NCBI GenBank assembly: GCA_022710185.1
Contig: JAKLHK010000005.1
Location: 65,682 to 129,681 of the forward strand
Source: Bacteroidota bacterium
Lineage (GTDB): Bacteria; Bacteroidota; Bacteroidia; Bacteroidales; JAGNHN01
Reading direction: 5' to 3'
Length of the DNA stretch: 64,000 bases
Below the pieces are notes generated by a model. It ran no database searches and had not been told where the DNA came from. It worked only from the letters and a program-made list of their open reading frames with translations. Below are positions 20,641-33,100 of the stretch, piece after piece. Both the position numbers and the translations under genes were made by a program. Positions within the stretch are counted from its first letter, which is position 1. The number at the start of each line of letters is the position of its first letter.

Positions 20641-21021
20641 ATTGGTGGGCCTGCCTGCATCAGACAGTGGCTAATGTGAAGATACCTCAATAAGGACAGA
20701 CCTTGTTGGATTTCCGTAGAAAACAAGCCTGAGGATGATTGGAGTATAGTACAAGGTCTTGGGAATGGAGCGATCCGCGAGCTCAAGCCCGGTAGTTCCA
20801 GGCGAACAGTTCCGCAGCGGCTCGGATCGCGACTCCCATCCGAAGGCGTAGTCTTCAAGGAAATCCAACGCAGTCTTGATTTATTACTCGCAAAAAGTTG
20901 ATTAATAAGGTGCTCATGAGCTCGGGAAGCGCAAGCGCTTCCCTCGGTTGCAGCGCTTTTGTATCAAGACAAAAGCGCGAAAAAAGATTTGATTGACACT
21001 GAAGGCCTTTTCCCAGTGGGC

Positions 21022-21056
21022 TCAGATATCAGATATCAGATATCAGATATCAGATA
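21022..21056. repeat. Tandem heptamer array, TATCAGA x4 plus partial units
   Basis: Directly visible: tcagatatcagatatcagatatcagatatcagata. The same heptamer family recurs at 47328-47376. Confidence 0.9.
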
Positions 21057-21076
21057 CCCCTGCTGAGCAATATCCT

Positions 21077-21106
21077 GAGCTGGTTGGTGAGCTGGTTGGT
21101 GAGCTT
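21077..21106. repeat. Tandem 12-mer GAGCTGGTTGGT, about 2.5 copies
   Basis: Directly visible: gagctggttggtgagctggttggtgagctt, just downstream of the rsgA stop. Confidence 0.85.
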
Positions 21107-21138
21107 GTCGAACCACTGTCGAAGGGCCTGTCGGAGCA

Positions 21139-22215
21139 TCATCCATCCCCCCTCCTTCGCTTGAAATCCTTCTTGTAGTAATCCTTGATCACCTTCCCCA
21201 TGAGTTTTTCCCGCCTCTTCTTCTCGCCGGCCTCGGTCTCGAAGTGGGCACGCTCCCTTTCCAGCCGGAGGTAGTTGTCCCAGGCGTCCGCGTCGATCTC
21301 CCCCTGCTCCAGGGCGTGCAGCACGGCACAGCCGTTCTCCCGGGTGTGGGTGCAATCGGCATAACGGCATTGCCGGGCCAGGTCGAGGATGCGGTCGAAG
21401 GTGGCTTCCAGCCCCCCGCCCCCATCGGTAATGCCTACCTCCCGCATGCCGGGGTTATCAATGATCAGCCCGCCCCCCTTCAGCAGCACAAGCTCCCGGT
21501 GGGTGGTGGTATGTCTCCCCTTGTTCGTGCTTTCGCTCAGGGTCCGTGTGTGCATGTACTCTCCCCCAGCCAGATGGTTGAGCAGGGTTGACTTCCCTGC
21601 ACCGGAAGAGCCCAGCAGGCAATAGGTCTTGCCGGCCTCTATCCTCTGCCTCAGCTCCTCCAAACCTTCTCCGCTCACCGCGCTCATCACCAGGAAGGGC
21701 ACCTCCGGATGGCGCTGCTGCAGCCGCTCCCGCACCTCATGGCAGTGGTTCTCCCCGCACAGGTCAGCTTTGGTGAGCACTATCACCGGGCTCACCCGGG
21801 CGGCATAGCACAGGGTGAGGTAGCGATCCAGACGGTTCAGGTTGAAATCGCGGTCCAGGGCCTGCACCAGGAAGGCATAATCGATGTTGGCCGCGATGAG
21901 TTGTACTTCCCCGTGCTGTCCCACGGCCTGGCGGGTAAGCGCAGCGGTCCGCGGAAGGACCTTATGGATCAGGGCCTGCTCCTCCCCCGCAGCGATCAAG
22001 GCCACCCAATCGCCCACGGCAGGAAAATCCTCCCGGTTGCGGGCACTGAACCTCAGGTTCCCCGTTACCTCCGCCTGCACCTCCCCCCCATCGGTCATCA
22101 CGATATAGCGTTCCTTGTGCTCGGCAGTCACCCTCCCCACACCAAAACCCATCAACCCCTGCTCCCGCCGGTAGTGCTCCAGGTCTTCAGTATAACCCCA
22201 TTCGATGATATTCAT
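21139..22215 (-). CDS. rsgA: Ribosome small subunit-dependent GTPase A (RsgA/YjeQ)
   Basis: Circularly permuted GTPase (TKADL ... GSSGAGKSTLLN) with the zinc knuckle CRYADCTHTRENGCAV. It carries a basic C-terminal tail. Confidence 0.9.
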   Translation of the reverse strand: MNIIEWGYTEDLEHYRREQGLMGFGVGRVTAEHKERYIVMTDGGEVQAEVTGNLRFSARNREDFPAVGDWVALIAAGEEQALIHKVLPRTAALTRQAVGQHGEVQLIAANIDYAFLVQALDRDFNLNRLDRYLTLCYAARVSPVIVLTKADLCGENHCHEVRERLQQRHPEVPFLVMSAVSGEGLEELRQRIEAGKTYCLLGSSGAGKSTLLNHLAGGEYMHTRTLSESTNKGRHTTTHRELVLLKGGGLIIDNPGMREVGITDGGGGLEATFDRILDLARQCRYADCTHTRENGCAVLHALEQGEIDADAWDNYLRLERERAHFETEAGEKKRREKLMGKVIKDYYKKDFKRRRGDG

Positions 22216-22288
22216 GACATTAAAATATAATGTCCCCCAGGCAGCGCCTGACCGGCATCAGGCCTCTCCCCAAATCAACCAGCAGAAA

Positions 22289-25594
<3,306 letters not shown>

Positions 25595-25704
25595 GGGTCT
25601 GTTATTTTCTTGCCCGGCTTGGTTCCGGGTGCCGGGGATACCTGCAATAATCGTTCTATTTCTTCCCCCTGCCATAATGGCAAGAAGGAGTGCAAAGGTA
25701 CGAA

Positions 25705-25740
25705 TACTAAAAAGAGCGGTTTTTACCGCTCTTTTTAGTA
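25705..25740 (-). terminator. Hairpin terminator overlapping the stop of the DUF2795 gene
   Basis: Perfect 16-nt inverted repeat tactaaaaagagcggt / accgctctttttagta with a tttt loop. On the minus strand the stem ends in a U-run. It lies between the DUF2795 stop and the secA start. Confidence 0.55.
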
Positions 25741-25956
25741 TTCGTCCTCGTGGAAGAAGAAGTCTTCCCGGGTTGGGTAATCGGGCCAGAGGTCTTCTAT
25801 GCTTTCATAGACCTCTCCTTCGTCCTCGATCTCCCTCAGGTTTTCAATGACCTCCATCGGAGCTCCTGACCGGATCGCGAAATCGATCAGCTCTTCCTTA
25901 GTGGCCGGCCAGGGTGCATCTTCAAGCTTGGATGCCAACTCCAGTGTCCAGTACAT
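25735..25956 (-). CDS. DUF2795 family protein
   Basis: 73 aa. [25 protein letters not shown] matches the pattern I associate with DUF2795. Confidence 0.65.
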   Translation of the reverse strand: MYWTLELASKLEDAPWPATKEELIDFAIRSGAPMEVIENLREIEDEGEVYESIEDLWPDYPTREDFFFHEDEY

Positions 25957-26053
25957 ATCCTTATGAGACCTTAGGTTTTAAGCCCGCAAAAATATATTAT
26001 TTAAGATTAAAGTCAAGAGCTATTCACGCTAATTTTACATCCTGCTGTATCGC

Positions 26054-27646
26054 TTGTATACCATGCCTTTGCCGAAGGACTCCCTGCTCCCCCCCCGCCT
26101 CAGCCGGGCCGCACTGGCCGCCATCCTGGTACTTTGCCTGCTGCTGTATGTCCGGGTGGCCGGTTTTGGGCTGCTCAACTGGGACGATCAGGTGTACATC
26201 ACCCATAACCCCCATGTCAATGGCAACGCGCCAGCCGGCGAGGCCCTGGTCACCAGCTTCGAGGGGCATTACCATCCCCTGGTGCTGTGGTCCCTGCGCT
26301 TCGACCACTTCCTTGGCGGGGGCTCGCCCGTGGTCTTCCACCTGCACAACCTCTTGCTCCACCTGCTGAATGTGCTGCTGGTATTTCTGCTGTTCCGGCG
26401 GCTGGAAGGCGGGGAGCGGGCCGCCTTATGGGTCAGCCTGGTGTTCGCCGTCCACCCCCTGCAGGTGGAGGCGGTAGCCTGGGCCACGGCCCGCAAGGAC
26501 GTGCTGTACGCCCTGTGGTTCCTGCTGGCGCTGGGGTGCTGGCTGCGGTATGCGGAGGATGGGAGGCGACGGTGGTACGCCCTGAGCCTGGCGGCCTTCC
26601 TGCTGGCCCTGCTCTCCAAGGGACAGGCCCTGGTGCTGGCGGCTTTGTTGCCGGTCCTCGACCATTTCCTCGGGGGGAAGGCCCTGCTGAGGGCGCACCG
26701 CCGGGCTTACCTGCCCTTCCTGGGGCTGGCCCTGGGGTTTGCCTATCTTGCCGTATGGGCCCAGCAGCAGAGCGGGTACACCAGCGCCGAGAGTTTCTCC
26801 ACGCCCTGGCACTGGCTGTTGGGCAATGCCGGCTACGCCCTGCTAAGTTATATGCTGCGCATCCTCGTCCCCCTGGGCCTCTCCGCCTACTATCCTTACC
26901 CTGTGCCCGGCCACGACCTCCCGGTCTGGCTGTTCTGGGCTGCGCTTCCCCTGGCCGTGGGGATCGCAGGGGGCAGTACCCGGTTATGGTGGAAGCGCCG
27001 GGCGGTAGGGCTGGGACTGCTCCTTTTCCTTATCTGTCTGGCGCCCATGCTGCGCCTGCTGCCGGTGTCCAACTTCATCACCGCCGACCGTTACACCTAT
27101 GTCGCCCTCCCCGGGGCCATCTGGGCGCTTTACCACGTCCTGCGGCGGCTGGGCCAGGCCCGGAGGGAGGGCCTGCTGGCTGCCCTGGCGCTATTTTTTA
27201 TAGTGCTGACGGCCCTGCGCCTGCCGGTCTGGGGGGATAGCCTCGCCCTGCTGAACGACACCCTGCGGAAGCACCCTGAAGTGGTGCCGGCCTTGAATGC
27301 CCGGGGCGATGTGTTGCTGGAGCAGGGGGACCTTGTGCCGGCCGTGGCGGACTTCAGCGCGGCCATCCGGTTGCGGCCCGGGGAGGCGCGGGCCTATGCC
27401 AACCGCGGCCGTGCCCTGGCGATGGCCGGGGAGATGGACAAGGCCCTCCAGGACCTCGACACGGCCATCCTGCTGGACCCAGGACACCCGGGTATCCGCC
27501 TGAACCGCGCCCTGGCCCTGGCGCGCCTGGGACGCACCCGCGAAGCCCTCCAGGAACTCGACCTCATCCTCTCCCTGGACCCTGGCCACCGCCCCGCCCA
27601 ATTGCTGCGGCAGGAGGTGCAGCAGGCGATGCGTCCGGCGAATTAA
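26054..27646 (+). CDS. Polytopic membrane protein with C-terminal TPR repeats (TMTC/PMT_2-like glycosyltransferase family)
   Basis: 530 aa. The N-terminal two thirds are multi-TM (LLNWDDQVYITHNPHV motif) and the C-terminal about 120 aa are TPR-like (ARAYANRGRALAMAGEMDKALQDLDTAILLDP). Confidence 0.7.
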   Translation: MYTMPLPKDSLLPPRLSRAALAAILVLCLLLYVRVAGFGLLNWDDQVYITHNPHVNGNAPAGEALVTSFEGHYHPLVLWSLRFDHFLGGGSPVVFHLHNLLLHLLNVLLVFLLFRRLEGGERAALWVSLVFAVHPLQVEAVAWATARKDVLYALWFLLALGCWLRYAEDGRRRWYALSLAAFLLALLSKGQALVLAALLPVLDHFLGGKALLRAHRRAYLPFLGLALGFAYLAVWAQQQSGYTSAESFSTPWHWLLGNAGYALLSYMLRILVPLGLSAYYPYPVPGHDLPVWLFWAALPLAVGIAGGSTRLWWKRRAVGLGLLLFLICLAPMLRLLPVSNFITADRYTYVALPGAIWALYHVLRRLGQARREGLLAALALFFIVLTALRLPVWGDSLALLNDTLRKHPEVVPALNARGDVLLEQGDLVPAVADFSAAIRLRPGEARAYANRGRALAMAGEMDKALQDLDTAILLDPGHPGIRLNRALALARLGRTREALQELDLILSLDPGHRPAQLLRQEVQQAMRPAN

Positions 27647-27959
27647 AGTGACTAATTTTGAACGGGTTAGAAGCACATCAATGGCCTGGTCTTAAACTGC
27701 CGTTGTTCCTTGTCCCTTGCACAATATCCCCATCCTTCTGAAATCTGAGATCGTAAATTCCGCCAGCAGGCGGACAATCCTTTTTCGATATTCCATAATT
27801 CACCACAGATTACACAGATTTTCACAGAGGTACCAGTGCCTGAAGTTGATAGTACTTGGAGTTAGGAGTTAAGAGTACCTGGAGTGCTGTACGCTGTCCG
27901 CTTCGCGTTTTTCCGCTATTCGCCTATTTTCATTATCATAAAATATACGCCAAAATCGT

Positions 27960-27992
27960 GGCGGCTATTTCCAGATAATGCAAATAGCCGCC
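27960..27992. other. Perfect 11-bp stem hairpin in the left flank of the island
   Basis: ggcggctattt (27960-27970) pairs with aaatagccgcc (27982-27992) across an 11-nt loop, followed by an A-run on the plus strand. Function unknown. Confidence 0.5.
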
Positions 27993-28305
27993 AAAAATTC
28001 CAGCCACACCCAGCAGAGGGCACGTTGCTCAGTTACTCGCCGGACAGCCAGCCCTTGGCCGGGATTGCGCAAGTGTCTGATTATGTGAAACAAGGAATTT
28101 CCCTTGCATATCACAGCGACCATGTGACTAAAAATCTAACCCAAGGTACCCATAGTCCAAATATTCTCAATATCTTTAGGTCTGTGACTTAGGCTCTTGA
28201 TTATCAGACAATGAACACCGTCCGCTAAATGCGAAATATCCGCCATAGGTTCTGATAGCGAAATGTTATGCCCAATGCTGAAAAACAACCTAACGACAAC
28301 ATAAA

Positions 28306-29760
28306 ATGAAGAAATTTGACCTAAACATTGAGAAAATTCTTGAAAACTGGGAAACATTTCATGCTATCCGAGAACTAATTGCAAATGCACTTGATGAACA
28401 ACTTATTACTAATACAAAGGAGGTTGAAATATTCAAAGTAGGTAATACTTGGAAAATCAGAGACTTTGGACGGGGATTAAAATATACTCATTTGACACAA
28501 AATGAAAACCAAGAAAAACTTTCAAATCCTCATGTTATAGGGAAATTTGGAATTGGACTAAAAGATGCTTTAGCAACTTTCGACAGAAAAGGTATAAAAG
28601 TAATTGCAAAATCAAAACACAGTAAAATAACAATCGCAAAATCTGAAAAAGAAGGGTTCAAAGATTTATTGACTCTTCATGCAATTATTGAAGCCCCACA
28701 AGACCCAAACTTTATTGGGACCGAGTTTGAACTTGTTGGGATAAATGATAATGACATTAACGAGGCAAAAAAATTATTTCTAAAGTTTTCAGGTGAGAGA
28801 ACAATGGAAATTACAAAACAAGGTCAAGTAGTTAGAAAAAACAGCACGTTTGGCAACATTTATATCAATGGAGTAAAAGTTGCGGAAGAAGAAAATTTTC
28901 TCTTCAGCTACAATATTACTGTATTAAATGCTTCAATAAAAAAAGCTCTTAACAGAGAAAGAACAAATGTCGGGAGAAGTGCATATTCAGAATCAGTAAA
29001 AAAAATATTATTGTCTTGCCAATCTAAGGAGGTTGCTGAAACATTGGCTAAAGATTTGACAAATATAAATAGAGGAACTGCACACGACGAGTTAACCTGG
29101 CTTGATGTTCAGGAACACTCTGTTAAAATATTAAATCAACAGGGCAAATTTCTTTTTATAACTTCGTTTGAAGCAATGCAACATCCAGACATGATAGACC
29201 AAGCTAGAAATAGTGGTCATGAAATCATAACAATCCCTGAAAATTTAAAGTATAAAATTCAAGGCTCAACCGACTTTAACGGTAGCCCTATTGTGGATAT
29301 TGGGCAATTCGTTGAAAACTACAATAACAGTTTCAATTTTAACTTTATAGACCCAAATAAATTAAGTCAAAAGGAAAAAGCCATTTATGACCAAACTCCA
29401 AAAATCATTGAACTATTTGGTGGTAAACCATATAAAGTAAAGTCAATAAAAATTTCATCTACAATGAGAAAAGACTTTTTTGGTGAAGTTGAAACACTTG
29501 GTTGCTGGGATGATAATACAAACTCAATAGTTATTTCACGTAAAGTATTAAATAACATTACAGACTTTTCAGGAACTTTGATACATGAGCTCGTTCATGC
29601 TGATACTGGACATGATGATGTAACTAGGGATTTTGAAACATCACTGACAACAATAATTGGACGACTATCTTCAACAATTCTTGGACAAAAAGTTTCCTTA
29701 ATTAGCAATTCAAATTCTAAAAAGAATTCTTCTTGGCTTCAAAAATTTTTTGGAGAGTAA
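28306..29760 (+). CDS. GHKL (Bergerat-fold, MORC/Hsp90-like) ATPase fused to a C-terminal HExxH zincin-like motif
   Basis: 484 aa. N-box ELIANALDE (aa 23-31), G1 box DFGRGL (53-58), G2 box GKFGIGLK (79-86), and IHELVHADTGHDD (HExxH at aa 427-431, nt 29584-29598). Confidence 0.75.
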   Translation: MKKFDLNIEKILENWETFHAIRELIANALDEQLITNTKEVEIFKVGNTWKIRDFGRGLKYTHLTQNENQEKLSNPHVIGKFGIGLKDALATFDRKGIKVIAKSKHSKITIAKSEKEGFKDLLTLHAIIEAPQDPNFIGTEFELVGINDNDINEAKKLFLKFSGERTMEITKQGQVVRKNSTFGNIYINGVKVAEEENFLFSYNITVLNASIKKALNRERTNVGRSAYSESVKKILLSCQSKEVAETLAKDLTNINRGTAHDELTWLDVQEHSVKILNQQGKFLFITSFEAMQHPDMIDQARNSGHEIITIPENLKYKIQGSTDFNGSPIVDIGQFVENYNNSFNFNFIDPNKLSQKEKAIYDQTPKIIELFGGKPYKVKSIKISSTMRKDFFGEVETLGCWDDNTNSIVISRKVLNNITDFSGTLIHELVHADTGHDDVTRDFETSLTTIIGRLSSTILGQKVSLISNSNSKKNSSWLQKFFGE

Positions 29761-30102
29761 TGACAAGTGACAATAAGAAAAATGAATAAAAGCACAGGGC
29801 ATAACAATGTACATATTGCAGGGCGGGGTTTGGAGGTATGCCAACTGCGGATTCTCGCATCGCAGTTCCGTGTCCTTCGGACAGGAACGCTCTCCGAAAT
29901 CCGCCCCGACAACATGTACCAACCGTTACCGCCAAGTGTAAGAGACAGACAACGACATAGAAAAACTGAAAAGTAAACCATTGTGAAAGGACAGAAAAAA
30001 GAAATATTGACTAGACCAGAGACCCGACACTCGAGCCGACCCGATGTTTTTTATTTTTTGCCCACCGCACATTTTTTAAAACAATTGCCGACCCACATTG
30101 CA

Positions 30103-30155
30103 CACATTGCCAAAGCCCCACAAGCCAACGCTACAACCAAAGCTTTGTCAAAGAG
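30103..30155. repeat. 53-bp direct repeat, copy 1 (upstream of the 1668-aa gene)
   Basis: cacattgccaaagccccacAagccaacGctacaaccaaagctttgtcaaagag matches 36982-37034 at 51 of 53 positions. Confidence 0.9.
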
Positions 30156-30191
30156 TGCAATTTTGCCGACACACTAAAAAAGAATATCACT

Positions 30192-33100
30192 ATGCTTTAT
30201 ATAAAAGACCTTTCCTTTTTCAGACAGTATTATAAATCGCAAGAAGCTTTAAATTTTGATAGGTCGATAGATACTTCATTTATTAACACTTTTCACCCTG
30301 AAAAACCAACGAATAAAACTAAAGGTTTTTCTTATTTGGTATATGGTGCAAGAGGTAATATCGGAGGATTTTTAAGGAGTGCTTCATTAAATGTCGCTGC
30401 TGACCAACAAGCGATTTATGAACTTATTCAAAATGCTGACGATTGCGAGGCAAATCTTTTCAGTGTTTTCTACAACAGGGAATATCTATTGTGTATCAAC
30501 AATGGTACTCCATTCTCAAAAAGGAATATGTCAGCAATATTAAATGTTGGCGATTCAGACAAAGATGCAGAAGATATTGGAACATTTGGGATAGGTTTTA
30601 AAATTATTCACCGACTCTTGGGTGAGGATGATGGATTGAAAGCGATATTGAATGATTATGCCGGGCCAATTATATACAGTTGGAATCAGTACAATCATTT
30701 AAAAAGATTACTAAGTGATGATGAAATTGTAATTAATAAAAACGGTTCAAGAGATGATGATTGTCCCTGGTTATTGAAAATAATTTATACCTGTTTTCCA
30801 ACGCATTTAGGTGAAAGTATAAAAAATGAAAAATATTCTGATGAAACATTATTTACAATTGAGGAATTCAATGAATTCAAACTTTTTCTTAAAAATTCAT
30901 TAGCAAAACTTAATACGTTTACGGAAAACAATCTTCGACAAGGTTCAATATTTTTCCTAAGAATTGGTGCAGATAAGTTCAAATACATTGATGAGAATAT
31001 AGATAACATTTTTAATGGAATTGGTTATTCATTCAATTTCCTAAATCATTTGAAGCGAATTTATATTAATGAAAAAGAGATAAATAAAGAGAAAATCACC
31101 TTAGAAAAATTTGAATATCCTATTGGTAGCGATCAATACAACTTAATTAGACCAAGAAATGAAGAACGGAATATTGACTTTTCTTTTTCATATTATAAAA
31201 ACTACAAAACCGCATTAAAACTAAAGGATGTACCAAATATTTATAACTTCTTCTCAATGGAGGAAGAAAAAAATGGTTGGTGTTTCTTATTGCATTGCAA
31301 TTCTTTTGATATGCATAATGATAGAAGAAAACTTCAACCAAATTCAAATATAAATGAACGACTTTTACCCAGTATTGCTAACGAAATCAAACAATTTTTA
31401 GTAGACCTTTCCGACACAAATACTGATTCATTTATCAATATTTATCCATCGTTATTAATAAGTGATATTCCAGAAAGTAAACAACATCTTAAAGATTATT
31501 TTTTCGATATTTTGACTACCATTTTATCGGAGAGAATACCGACAGATAATGGGTTTTCTGATAATTCACAGGATGTGGTAATTAAAAAAACAAAACTACC
31601 AATATCACCAAGAGATTGGGGAGTAGAAAAAGATTGGTTTTATTGGACGGATTTTAAAGAGGATGAGGTAATAATCAAAGAAGCCCAAAAAGAAGAAAAA
31701 ATTGGCCTAGAAAAAGTGTCAATTTCATCATTGATTGAAAATGGAGACATTGATACAATCAATGAATGGATTTTTAATGCGAATGAAAAGGATTTTACTC
31801 TCTTTCTAAATGAGTTAGAAAAGGATATTCCTGATGAAAATTTCCTTGATTTGCAATTTTTAAAATGCTCCGATACTTATTACTATTCAATCAATGAAAT
31901 TGCTTCAAATTCTAATGTTTTGTGCCTTTTTGAAAAGATTCACGAAATAAAGGATATTCTAAACGAATTAGAGTTAATTACAACGGAAATAAATATTTCT
32001 GATTTCAAGAACATCGCAGAAAAAGCTAGTAAAAAACTTCCGTATCTTAAAACTATTGGTGAAAAAAAGGTTTTTGATGATTTTATCAAAGATGCAACAA
32101 CTGAAAATAATTTAACTCCAAAAAGTAAAAAAAGATTATTCGTTGCAATAAAAGAACTTTATAATGTTGGGGACAAATCATTAAAGGAATGGGAATTGTT
32201 TTCCAATAATGAAATGGAAATATGCTCCTTAAACACATTAATAAGCCCTTCAATCAAGGTTGAGAAATGGCTTATCAAATATCAAATCATTAAAAGTGAA
32301 TTCTTTGAAGAACTTGAGGAGTATTTGTTGCAAGCAGATGACATTTACCCATCAATTATTTATCCACTTTGGGACGAGTTAATAGAAGTCGATGAAATTG
32401 ATGAAATAACCATAGGTGAATTTTATTCTTCTGTAAAAAACTATTTTGATGAAGAAGCGCATAAATCACTAACATTAAATAAGAAGGCGTACATTTTTAC
32501 TTCTGAAGGGTTCTTTCCAACATCTGAGGTTTTCTATAATGAAGTTTTTAACTCCATTATGGATTACCCATCCTTAAAAAGCTCAATAGAAAAAGTTACT
32601 GGATTTAAGACACCATCAAAAAAAGTTTTAAAGTACTTAACTGAAAGTCCTTTTAAAACAGATAATGACAAATTATTGGACCATCTTTCTGATTGTTCCA
32701 TAGAGCAGTCAGAAGCTTATGAATTGCTGAGATATTGTCAAAAAGCAGATGTTAAACTTTTTTCGAAAGGAGTTTTTTGTGAATCTGGTAATGATATTGA
32801 CTGGGAATGCAATGATTCAAAAATACAGTACTTTTCAGAAGATTCAAGATTAATTGAATTTATCAATGAATATTTAGAAGATACTTTTTATCTTCTACCA
32901 TCAGCTTTACAGGACTTCAAATTTTTTGAAGGTATCAGACGAAATCAAGAACTTTATGAAGAAATAATTGAGCAACTTGATAATATAAATGATTTGGCGG
33001 CTGAGTTCTTGCCATTATTGAAACATAAAGAAGTTATTAAATCATATATATCAAATTTACCTGATATAAGGATTGAAAACAGAATTTCATTTGATAAAAG

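Noticed and set aside
21022-21056. Possible CRISPR array (also 47328-47376)
   Set aside because: The units are contiguous 7-mers with no spacers, far shorter than CRISPR repeats, and no cas genes are present.
27647-28305. Search for a tRNA, integrase remnant or att site at the island borders (also 37850-38179)
   Set aside because: I found no T-arm (GGTTCGAnTCC-like) or cloverleaf, and the small ORFs here (102 and 73 aa) have no integrase-like motifs. Only short hairpins were found, and these are reported separately.
29761-30191. Integron cassette array / attC sites, suggested by the repeat-bracketed cassette layout (also 36969-37357)
   Set aside because: I could not find the R-prime GTTRRRY / RYYYAAC core sites or the imperfect attC palindrome geometry. 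No intI gene is in the window.
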